From Oscillospiraceae bacterium (lineage in GTDB: Bacteria; Bacillota; Clostridia; Oscillospirales; Ruminococcaceae), in the NCBI GenBank assembly GCA_017430465.1, contig JAFRMZ010000276.1:3957-67956 (forward strand): DNA of 64,000 bases. The letters are read 5' to 3'. A program made the position numbers and the translations under genes. The notes under the pieces are model-generated. The model was not told the DNA's origin. It searched no databases and saw only the letters and a program-made list of their open reading frames with translations. Shown piece after piece: positions 34,901-43,488 of this stretch (position 1 is the first letter of the stretch; each line of letters starts with the position of its first letter).

Positions 34901-37534
34901 ATGATGAAGGAGAAAACAACAAACCCGAAACGTGTCAAAGGTACAGTTCTGTTTACAGTTGTTTCTGTCATGATGGTGCTGATTGTCTTCCTGACAGCAA
35001 CACTCGCACTGGCAGTCACCGCCAACAACAGAGCAGTGAATAAACTCACAAAATCTCAGACCCAGCAAACTGCAAAAGCCGCCGTACATTCTATTATGGC
35101 GGCAATGCAGAACGATGCTACGTTTGCTTCTAAAATCAATGATGTAGCGGCAGGTTCGGGCATTACGCTCGGACAGGATGCAATTCAGTTTGATGATGCC
35201 TCTCTTGGCAGAGTGTCTGCGGCATCTATTGAGTATTATGGAAACGAATATGTTCTGGATACAGATAACACATCTGCAACATATAACCAGCTTGTTTCCA
35301 GAGATATTCTCAAGATTTCCGCAACCGCAACACAGGGCAGAGAAAGTTCTACCGTTACTGCCTATGTACTGAAAAAGAAGAATATCGAAACGAATGATGA
35401 CGGTCAGAACAGCGGCTTCGTGGCAACTGGTGCTGCCGGCATGGATAACCACGTTTCTTCATTCGGCGGTACTTATCTGGGATTCAATGAACTTTACAAA
35501 GACCCGACCCAAGTTTCTGATATGAGTTTCTCCGTTGCCAACGGTGAAGCGATTGAAACAGATATGCAGGTAAATGGTAACTTTACTGTTAGCAATGGTA
35601 CTTTAGATTTAGTTGTCAAAAAGCCGGGTACAGGTATGACTGTTTGGGGCAATTTCATTTTAAATAAAGGTATGAATGTAATAACTGTTAATGCAACCCC
35701 TGATTCTCTTGATGGTTTGAGTTATACACAGATTCCTTATGTTTATGTAGAAAAAGAACTGAAACTGAATTTTAGTGATAATGATAAACAATTTGGCACA
35801 CCGGGAGTTCCGCTCAATGTTTTCTGTGGTTATGTAACTACCGGAGATAATGAAAAGAAAATTTCTGCAAATGTCTATTGTTATGATGAAAATCAGACTT
35901 CTAAATTAAATACCCAAACAATTGCAAGTGGTTTATATCACTGGGCTGCTAATGTTCTGGATAGTTCTGCATCTTTAGAATCTGGTAGTTTCTATACTAA
36001 AGGCAGTTTGGAAATTAATGCAGAAGCTAATTTTTCAGGTGATGTTGTTGTAGAAAAAGATTTAACAATTAATGGAAATGTCAATATTTCAGGTGATTTG
36101 AAAGTTGCAGGTTCTATTACAGTAAAGGGTGGTAATCTGAATGTATCCGGCACTATTTATAATGACGGATATGCAGGGGCTTCTCCTCTGTATCCCGGAC
36201 TTACTAGAGTTGATGGACATTATGAATTAAAGGCAGGTTATACACATACGCAAGAGACAGAACGGGTGGAATTGCTTCAGAATACCAATATTCCGAATCC
36301 GTGGAATGCTTCTCAGCAAATGTTTGTAAAGGCAGTTGTTTTCAATCAGGATACTGGTGAGGTACTTTGGTATGAACAAAGTAATGACTGCATACTGACT
36401 TTGGAATCTGATGGTCAGGTATATGGACAATATAACTGGGGAAAATGGGTTGTTTATACACCCGGAACTTACGATGTATATAAAGATGCTTCTGGTAATG
36501 TAGTGGCTGAGTCAGAAGCAAATGACTGGATTCCCACACAGTATTATGATGCATCAGGCAATCCTGTAACTGTAGCTTCTTTATTCCCTGAGGAATATGA
36601 AAAAGATGTCATTCTTGGTCAAACACTGCTGGATGGAAAATCTAAATCTGAAACACAGATTGTCAAGACCGTTCAGGAAGTTCTGAGCAATACTAGCAGT
36701 AACCCCTATAGTGCTCCGAATTCTGTTCCGGATGAACATCAGGAAAGAGTTACTAAAAACGTTATCAGCATTAATGGAACTGGAAATTCAAACAATGGTT
36801 CTTATACTGTCGCATCTGGCGGCGATGCTACTATTATTACACAAGTACCCGGTGAATCCGGCAGCTTTACTATCACAGATTCCTGCACGCTTTCTGGTTC
36901 TTCCTTCAAGCAGGACCTGATTCTGAAAGCAAAAACAGGTGAAGAAATCTGGGTTGTCATGAATGGCTTTACATTTAGCAATGCCGGCGGTCAGCTGATT
37001 GTTGATGATACAGATTCCAATTATCAGGGTAAAGTCAACGTGCTCCTGACCGGAGACCTCAAGTTCTCCAGTAACGGACAGTATCCGATTGTTACTAAGA
37101 AAATGGAACAGCTGTTAAGTTCTACTGAAGCGTTTAGCATTGACAATGGTGTGCTCAGAGACAGCGCAGGCAATAAAATCAGCGAAGTCAATCCGATTAA
37201 ACTGAATATTTATTCTGATGGTGCACATACTCTGCACTTGAATGAAAGTGGTACAATGTGTGCTAACATCAGAGCACCATATTTGACAGTAGAAATTGCT
37301 TCCGGCGGTGGTGCAGCCGCAACTAATTCCGCAATCTATTACAATGGCTTCAATACACAGGCTGATGAAAATTCAAAGAATTTAGGATGCATTGGCTGCT
37401 GTATCGTAAAAGATTTTAAGTCTACCAATAACTGGGTACTCCTGTATGTTGGTAAAAAAGGCGCAACCGGCGGCGATGAATTCAAAGACGCTTTGATGAA
37501 TAACTGGAGCGTCCGCTATTACGAAAACTATTGA
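34901..37534 (+). CDS. giant PilX_N-like pilus-associated protein (candidate tip or adhesin subunit)
   Basis: ATG 34901 lies 5 nt after GGTGG. The N-terminus KRVKGTVLFTVVSVMMVLIVFLTATLALAV is pilin-like but lacks Glu+5. Beta-helix-like repeats GNFTVSNGTLDLVV and SGDVVVEKDLTINGNVNISGDLKVAGSITVKGGNLNVSG. Confidence 0.75.
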   Translation: MMKEKTTNPKRVKGTVLFTVVSVMMVLIVFLTATLALAVTANNRAVNKLTKSQTQQTAKAAVHSIMAAMQNDATFASKINDVAAGSGITLGQDAIQFDDASLGRVSAASIEYYGNEYVLDTDNTSATYNQLVSRDILKISATATQGRESSTVTAYVLKKKNIETNDDGQNSGFVATGAAGMDNHVSSFGGTYLGFNELYKDPTQVSDMSFSVANGEAIETDMQVNGNFTVSNGTLDLVVKKPGTGMTVWGNFILNKGMNVITVNATPDSLDGLSYTQIPYVYVEKELKLNFSDNDKQFGTPGVPLNVFCGYVTTGDNEKKISANVYCYDENQTSKLNTQTIASGLYHWAANVLDSSASLESGSFYTKGSLEINAEANFSGDVVVEKDLTINGNVNISGDLKVAGSITVKGGNLNVSGTIYNDGYAGASPLYPGLTRVDGHYELKAGYTHTQETERVELLQNTNIPNPWNASQQMFVKAVVFNQDTGEVLWYEQSNDCILTLESDGQVYGQYNWGKWVVYTPGTYDVYKDASGNVVAESEANDWIPTQYYDASGNPVTVASLFPEEYEKDVILGQTLLDGKSKSETQIVKTVQEVLSNTSSNPYSAPNSVPDEHQERVTKNVISINGTGNSNNGSYTVASGGDATIITQVPGESGSFTITDSCTLSGSSFKQDLILKAKTGEEIWVVMNGFTFSNAGGQLIVDDTDSNYQGKVNVLLTGDLKFSSNGQYPIVTKKMEQLLSSTEAFSIDNGVLRDSAGNKISEVNPIKLNIYSDGAHTLHLNESGTMCANIRAPYLTVEIASGGGAAATNSAIYYNGFNTQADENSKNLGCIGCCIVKDFKSTNNWVLLYVGKKGATGGDEFKDALMNNWSVRYYENY

Positions 37535-37550
37535 TAAGGAGGTCTGCTGA

Positions 37551-37970
37551 ATGAAAATTTTCAAAAAGCCCCGCAAACTGAAAGGCATGACTCTGGTAGA
37601 GATAATTATTGCATTGTTTGTGTTTGTGGTTGCTTCTGCCCTCATGGTGAAAATAGGTTCAGTCGCTTCCACTTTGCTGAAAAATTCCAGCCATGTCGAA
37701 AAAAGAACTTCTATTGAAACCCCGCTTGCCGAAAACGGCAATACTGCTTCCGACTTTGTAGAAAATGACAATCTGAAAGTAGTTGTTAAAATTCCCGGTT
37801 CTACTGTAAACGTCAGAGGCAAAAGCTATACAACTGCCAAGCAGGTAGTCGGAAATGAGTTTGCAGATTCTTTCATCACCAATGCAGATATTGAATATGT
37901 GGAATTTGACCTGACACAAAAAGGCGGCGGCGGTATTTGGGAAGAACCAAGCGAAACCGAAACCACGTAA
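37551..37970 (+). CDS. minor pilin (prepilin-type N-terminal cleavage/methylation domain)
   Basis: 139 aa. KLKG/MTLVEIIIALFVFVVAS with Glu+5. AAGGAGG RBS. Confidence 0.85.
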   Translation: MKIFKKPRKLKGMTLVEIIIALFVFVVASALMVKIGSVASTLLKNSSHVEKRTSIETPLAENGNTASDFVENDNLKVVVKIPGSTVNVRGKSYTTAKQVVGNEFADSFITNADIEYVEFDLTQKGGGGIWEEPSETETT

Positions 37971-37985
37971 CAGAGGTGTGCGGAA

Positions 37986-39038
37986 ATGAAGAAACAAAAT
38001 AGAGTAAAAGGTTTTACGTTGATTGAATTAATCATCGTAATGGCAATATTCGGGGTAATTATGTTCGGTGCATTGCAGTTGTTAACTCCTGTCGGAAATA
38101 TTTTCCAGAAGTCCTATAAAACAGAAACAATTTCTGCTGCCGCACAGAATATCGGAAATTATCTTGAAGATGCCCTCCGCTATGCAGATGCCGTGCAGAT
38201 TACACCCGATGATATTGTAAAAGCAGACGGTGAAATTGATACTGCGGCATTCAACAGCATTATGGCCAGCAGAGATGGTAATATTTATCAGAAATCTGCT
38301 ACATCCGGTGACATGACCTACGAATCCGGAGATATTTATGTTCTGGAAATCGACAATACCGCAGGCGGAACTATCAGACGCTGGCAGTATGATTATGTTG
38401 TCGGTGACAATACCTGTCCTGATGCTACCCAGCATAAAACAGCAACCATCAATGACAATGCCAGCTATGATACAGGCGAATATGTTGTCAATCGGGCGCA
38501 TTATACTGATTATCATTATAATATTTCACTTGGTATTTTTGCACTGGATAATAACAGCACAAGCGCAACTTATCAGCAGCTTGTCAAGGATGACGGCTAT
38601 TACAGCAGCTTTACAGATACCACACTCCAGATGTTCGGACGTGATAATTTTGGTCTGACAATTACTGCATTTCCCTATACGCTGAACAGTGACGGCACTG
38701 TAAAGGAAAATGCTCAGAATGGTACACTTGGAAGCTGTACTTATGACACAGCTTATCTTTATACTGCAAGTGTTGGTTTCACAAACCTGAAAAAAACATC
38801 TACAGTCCATAAGTACAACTGGATTGACCATGATAAAGACGGCAATACAGTAGCATGGCATGTGCCCACTGATGATGAATTCACTGCAGATAAAACAAAC
38901 AATTACAAGTATATCGAATCTGAACAAACAAAACTGTTTAACTGGTCCGGTGCACTGAGCACAGATATGCATGAACTGAAAGAAATTCCGAAGTTCTATA
39001 TTATCTATACTTATCCGGGCAGTAATATTGTCAAGTAA
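37986..39038 (+). CDS. large minor pilin (prepilin-type N-terminus)
   Basis: 350 aa. RVKG/FTLIELIIVMAIFGVIMFGAL with Glu+5. Confidence 0.85.
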   Translation: MKKQNRVKGFTLIELIIVMAIFGVIMFGALQLLTPVGNIFQKSYKTETISAAAQNIGNYLEDALRYADAVQITPDDIVKADGEIDTAAFNSIMASRDGNIYQKSATSGDMTYESGDIYVLEIDNTAGGTIRRWQYDYVVGDNTCPDATQHKTATINDNASYDTGEYVVNRAHYTDYHYNISLGIFALDNNSTSATYQQLVKDDGYYSSFTDTTLQMFGRDNFGLTITAFPYTLNSDGTVKENAQNGTLGSCTYDTAYLYTASVGFTNLKKTSTVHKYNWIDHDKDGNTVAWHVPTDDEFTADKTNNYKYIESEQTKLFNWSGALSTDMHELKEIPKFYIIYTYPGSNIVK

Positions 39039-39052
39039 GCAAACAAAAATAT

Positions 39053-39090
39053 CGGCAGTCGGAAGATTGCTCTCCGGCTGCCGGTTTTTT
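39053..39090. terminator. terminator between the pilin operon and convergent pilD
   Basis: Imperfect stem cggcagtcgg / ccggctgccg followed by TTTTTT. Confidence 0.6.
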
Positions 39091-39098
39091 GAATTTGT

Positions 39099-39989
39099 TC
39101 AGGCAAATGCCTGAGTCGGGTCATAAGTAATCCAAGCGACATAAGCATCAAGAAGCTGTTCTCCGAATAGTGTACCAAGAAATAAGCCTATCGCCAGATA
39201 AGGCCCGAATGCGAATTTTGACTCTCCGCCACGTTTTTTCAGGATTGCACCGCAGACAGCGGCAATGCAGATTCCGAAAAATGCAGAAATTACCGTAGCT
39301 TTCCAGCCAATCAGCAAACCGCCGGCCGCCATCAGAATGGTGTCACCGAGCTCAATAGCACGAAAACGTTCATTAAATTTTTTTTCAATAATCGGTATGC
39401 TGATTTCTCCAATCAGGAAAAACGGCAGTCCGATACAGACGAGCCCTATCAGATGCGAAGAAAGCGGAAGATTTCCCGCTGTCAGAAATTCCGGCAGATT
39501 CCAGAAAGTCGCTTCCGAAGATAACCGGATAACAGAAAGTACAATATCCGGAACAGCAAGCAGGGCGATGAAAAACAAAATTCTCAAATCCATTTCCTGC
39601 GTATCCCAGTCAATAAAGGCGATGCAAATCAGCGCAGAAAAGAAAAAGCAATACAGAATAGTCTGCAAACTGAAATCCAGTACAGTAAAAGCAGTCAGAT
39701 AAACAATACAGTTCAGAGATTCTACAATCGGATAGCGTTTCGAGATAGGTTCACCGCAGCTCCGGCATTTGCCTTTGAGCATAAGCCAGCCAAGCACCGG
39801 AATGTTATCCCGCCAGAGAATCGGCGTTCCGCATGTCATACAGTGCGAAGAACGCTTGACAAGTGATTCGTCCTTCGGCAGACGAAAAATCACCACGTTC
39901 AGAAAACTGCCGATACATAACCCATAGAAAGATGCGATGAGGTAAAACATAATGTAAAACGGCCAATCCATAAATTCATTGTGAAGCAT
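39099..39989 (-). CDS. pilD: prepilin peptidase / N-methyltransferase (A24 family)
   Basis: Start at ATG 39989 (MLHNEFMDWPF) behind GGAGGA. GLCIGSFLNVVIFRLP, CMTCG...CRSCG, FIDWDTQEMD and GDTILMAAGG motifs. The longer ORF-track N-terminus is rejected. Confidence 0.9.
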   Translation of the reverse strand: MLHNEFMDWPFYIMFYLIASFYGLCIGSFLNVVIFRLPKDESLVKRSSHCMTCGTPILWRDNIPVLGWLMLKGKCRSCGEPISKRYPIVESLNCIVYLTAFTVLDFSLQTILYCFFFSALICIAFIDWDTQEMDLRILFFIALLAVPDIVLSVIRLSSEATFWNLPEFLTAGNLPLSSHLIGLVCIGLPFFLIGEISIPIIEKKFNERFRAIELGDTILMAAGGLLIGWKATVISAFFGICIAAVCGAILKKRGGESKFAFGPYLAIGLFLGTLFGEQLLDAYVAWITYDPTQAFA

Positions 39990-40083
39990 TGTGTATGTCC
40001 TCCTTAAAAAATCGATAATATATATATTATAGCATAGACCGACAATTTTTACAAGCGTAAAGTGAAATTTGAAAGGAGAAAAG

Positions 40084-40554
40084 ATGAAAAATTTTAATAC
40101 AGCCGATTTTCTGACAGAACAGCATCTCATCACTTCGGAACAGCGTGTAAAAATTCTTTCTGAACTTGAAAAGCCTGAACATGCCGGAATGTTTTTTCTG
40201 GAATGTGCGGTCAGTCTGGGATTTGTTCCGGAAATCGAGACTATCAAGAAAATTTCTGCTGAATTGAAAATTCCTTATCTTAATCTGAAAAATCTTGATA
40301 TTGATGAGGATGCTGTAAAACTGATTCCGGAAGAAACAGTAAGAAACTATCATCTTCTTGCAATATTGAAATCTGATAAGCTGGGACTTGTCGTGGTGAC
40401 ATCCAATCCGGACGTTCTGCCGTTTTTGGATACCATCAGAATACAGACAGGATTTTCAGTTTATCCCTGCTTTACTCATATTACCTGTATGCAGTGGGCT
40501 TTGGATGAAGTATATCTCCGGAATATGCAGTATTTTAAACCTGTGTATTCCTGA
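40084..40554 (+). CDS. stand-alone T2SSE_N/MshEN-type domain protein, paralogue of the PilB N-terminus
   Basis: 156 aa from ATG 40084 (AAAGGAG RBS). It aligns along its length with PilB residues 1 to ~150, e.g. LKIPYLNLKNLDIDEDAVKLIPEE versus LRVPYVDLGNIDIDEDAVRRIPES. No ATPase domain. Confidence 0.8.
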   Translation: MKNFNTADFLTEQHLITSEQRVKILSELEKPEHAGMFFLECAVSLGFVPEIETIKKISAELKIPYLNLKNLDIDEDAVKLIPEETVRNYHLLAILKSDKLGLVVVTSNPDVLPFLDTIRIQTGFSVYPCFTHITCMQWALDEVYLRNMQYFKPVYS

Positions 40555-40626
40555 TGAGTAAAACTGCTTTAGTTTAAAATGACATATTTTTTTAACATAA
40601 AATCAAATTGATGGAGGTAATTTTTC

Positions 40627-42306
40627 ATGAGAAACATTCGTATCGGTGATTATCTTGTAGAACAAAAGTTAATCACACAAGAACAACTGATGGAAGTGCT
40701 CGCTAAGCAGAAAGAACCGGAAAATACCGGAAAGCGTTTCGGCGAAATGGTAGTCGAATTAGGCTTTATTTCTGAAATCAGCCTTTCCAAAGCTCTGGCC
40801 GCAAAACTGCGTGTTCCCTATGTGGATTTGGGCAATATTGATATTGATGAAGATGCTGTCCGCCGTATTCCGGAATCTCTGGCAAGAAAATATACTGTTA
40901 TTGCCATCAGCATTCAGGGACGCAGACTGACAGTCGCAACCGATGACCCAATTAACTTCAATATTCTGGAAGACATCAAGATGCAGACCGGTATGGATAC
41001 GATTCCGGTACTGGCAACCAAATCAGCTATCAATAAAGCTATCGGCAATATGTATTCCATGGAGAATGTCGATGACGTTCTTGCAAGTGTAAACCAGTTT
41101 AGAGATGATGAGGAAGAAGACGATTCCAAGGACAGAATCGAAAGCGCACCTATTGTAAAGCTGGCAACTACTATCGTGGAAAACTCTTTCCGTGCAGATG
41201 CTACAGATATTCATATCGAACCGTTCAAGACATATACCAGAATCCGAATCCGTGTTAACGGCGACCTTGTAGAACTGATGAACGTATCCAATGTAGTGCA
41301 TAACGCTCTGACAACCCGTCTGAAACTGATTTCCGGCATGAACATCGCCGAAAAGCGTGTTCCGCAGGACGGCCGTTTCACACAGGTCGTTGACGGTACA
41401 ACCCTTGACGTCCGTGTATCTTCTCTGCCTATGGTACACGGTGAAAAAATAGTTATCCGAATTCTTTCCACCGGTAACATTGCCCTGAGAAAGATTACTG
41501 ACCTCGGTATGTCGGATTATAACTATCAGTTGTTTGAATCTATGATTAAATGCCCTCACGGAGTTATTCTGGTAACAGGGCCTACCGGTTCTGGTAAGAC
41601 CACTACTCTGTATGCCGCACTTGGCGAACTCGCAAAGCCGAATGTAAACGTAATCACCGTAGAAGACCCTGTAGAAAAAGCCATTGATGGTATCAATCAG
41701 GTACAGGTAAATTCCAAAACAGGTATGACGTTCGCTGCTGCGCTTCGTTCTATCCTCCGTCAGGACCCTGACATCGTTATGATTGGTGAGATGCGTGACT
41801 CGGAAACTGCCGACATCGGTATCCGTGCCGCTATTACCGGACACTTGGTGCTTTCTACCTTGCATACCAATGATGCGGCTTCTACTATTGTCCGTCTGAT
41901 TGATATGGGCGTTGCTTCCTACATGGTTGCGACTTCTCTTATTGGCGTTATCGCCCAGCGTCTTGTTAAGGTACTCTGTCCGAAGTGCAAAACCCAGCGT
42001 TTCTCTGATGAAGATGAAAACAAGCTTATGAAACTGGATGATATTTACACTCCCATCCCTGTATTTGAAGCGCAGGGTTGTCCGGAATGCAATAATACAG
42101 GCTACAGAGGACGTACTGCAATTCATGAAATCATTCACTGTACTGCCGGTATTTCTACCATCATCGCAAGAAACGGAAGCAAAGAAGAAATCGAAGAAAA
42201 AGCCAAGGAAAATGGCACAAAACTGCTCCGTGACAACGTATCTGAACTGGTTCAGAAAGGCGTTACTTCTATGGATGAGCTGGTTCGTGTTACTTACGCT
42301 GTATAA
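40627..42306 (+). CDS. pilB: type IV pilus assembly ATPase (GspE/PilB family)
   Basis: 559 aa. MshEN-type N-domain, Walker A GPTGSGKTTT, Asp and His boxes, and tetracysteine CPKC...CPEC. Confidence 0.92.
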   Translation: MRNIRIGDYLVEQKLITQEQLMEVLAKQKEPENTGKRFGEMVVELGFISEISLSKALAAKLRVPYVDLGNIDIDEDAVRRIPESLARKYTVIAISIQGRRLTVATDDPINFNILEDIKMQTGMDTIPVLATKSAINKAIGNMYSMENVDDVLASVNQFRDDEEEDDSKDRIESAPIVKLATTIVENSFRADATDIHIEPFKTYTRIRIRVNGDLVELMNVSNVVHNALTTRLKLISGMNIAEKRVPQDGRFTQVVDGTTLDVRVSSLPMVHGEKIVIRILSTGNIALRKITDLGMSDYNYQLFESMIKCPHGVILVTGPTGSGKTTTLYAALGELAKPNVNVITVEDPVEKAIDGINQVQVNSKTGMTFAAALRSILRQDPDIVMIGEMRDSETADIGIRAAITGHLVLSTLHTNDAASTIVRLIDMGVASYMVATSLIGVIAQRLVKVLCPKCKTQRFSDEDENKLMKLDDIYTPIPVFEAQGCPECNNTGYRGRTAIHEIIHCTAGISTIIARNGSKEEIEEKAKENGTKLLRDNVSELVQKGVTSMDELVRVTYAV

Positions 42307-42353
42307 TATTTATATTATCATAAAAAATTATCAAGTTTGGAGGAATCTGAAAC

Positions 42354-43424
42354 ATGGCAATTGAAATTAACAGAATACTGAACGAAGTCCGTGCTATCGG
42401 CTGTTCTGACTTGCATTTTACTTACGGAATGCCCCCTGTAGTCCGTCTGCATGGTGCGCTCAGGAGAATATCTAAATATCCGGAACTCGATGACGAAGAA
42501 ACAATGTCCATCGTTAACCAGATGACAAATGATGCCCAGATGGCAAAAGTCCGCAGACATGAAGACACTGACTTTTCATTCCAGACAACTGCCGGCTATC
42601 GTCACCGTGTTAATGTGTATTTTCAGAGAGGCCATGCGGCAATCGCTATCCGTCTTCTGAGAAATGACATTCCGACTTTGGATGACCTCGATTTACCGCC
42701 TGTTCTGGCCGATTTTGCAATGCGTCCCCGTGGCCTGATACTGGTAACAGGCCCTACCGGTTCGGGTAAATCTACCACACTGGCCGGCATGATTGACTAT
42801 ATCAATGTTCACAGAAGTGCACATGTCATCACGGTTGAAGACCCTATCGAATATGTACACTCCAACAAGCTTTGCATGATTAATCAGAGAGAAGTTGGCG
42901 ATGACGTTCCGGACTTCGCAATGGCACTGCGTGCCGCCCTCCGTGAAGACCCTGATGTTATTCTTGTCGGAGAAATGCGTGACTTTGAAACTATCAGTGC
43001 GGCTATCACTGCGGCTGAAACCGGACATCTTGTGCTTTCTACCCTGCATACCACCTCTGCGGCCGATACGATTAACCGTATTATTGATACCTATCCGGAA
43101 CATCAGCAGAATCAGATTCGTACCCAGCTCGCCGGAAACATGGTCGGCGTTGTCTCTCAGACACTGCTTCCGACTCTGGACGGCAAGGGCCGTACAGCCT
43201 GCATGGAAATTCTGAACGTAACAGATGCCTGCGCCGCTATGATTCGTGATGATAAAACACATTTGCTGTTATCGGCAATTCAGTCCGGTAAACAGTTCGG
43301 TATGATGTGCCTTGACCAGGAACTTGCACGTCTGGTGAAAAGAGGTATTGTCGGCGAAAGTGCCGCCCTCGAAAAATGCCAGAGTAAGGCTGAATTCTAC
43401 AGATTCCTGAACGGTACAAACTAA
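42354..43424 (+). CDS. pilT: twitching-motility / pilus retraction ATPase
   Basis: 356 aa. GPTGSGKSTT, ITVEDPIEY, VGEMRD and HLVLSTLHT motifs. No N-terminal GspE domain. Confidence 0.9.
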   Translation: MAIEINRILNEVRAIGCSDLHFTYGMPPVVRLHGALRRISKYPELDDEETMSIVNQMTNDAQMAKVRRHEDTDFSFQTTAGYRHRVNVYFQRGHAAIAIRLLRNDIPTLDDLDLPPVLADFAMRPRGLILVTGPTGSGKSTTLAGMIDYINVHRSAHVITVEDPIEYVHSNKLCMINQREVGDDVPDFAMALRAALREDPDVILVGEMRDFETISAAITAAETGHLVLSTLHTTSAADTINRIIDTYPEHQQNQIRTQLAGNMVGVVSQTLLPTLDGKGRTACMEILNVTDACAAMIRDDKTHLLLSAIQSGKQFGMMCLDQELARLVKRGIVGESAALEKCQSKAEFYRFLNGTN

Positions 43425-43440
43425 CAGCAGTTTCCGCAAA

Positions 43441-43467
43441 GTCCTCCCAGCGGGGAGGACTTTGTTT
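43441..43467 (+). terminator. rho-independent terminator after pilT
   Basis: Stem gtcctccc / gggaggac followed by TTTGTTT. Confidence 0.7.
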
Positions 43468-43488
43468 CATGACAGGAGGATTTTATTT

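Noticed and set aside
39990-40247. N-terminal 86-aa extension of pilD in the ORF track (start 40247)
   Set aside because: The extension runs through the divergent promoter region and the start of the opposite-strand gene. The internal ATG at 39989 has a GGAGGA RBS and gives the canonical prepilin-peptidase N-terminus.
41023-42138. 371-aa minus-strand ORF
   Set aside because: It is antisense to pilB, which has Walker A, Asp/His boxes and a tetracysteine motif. No features of its own.
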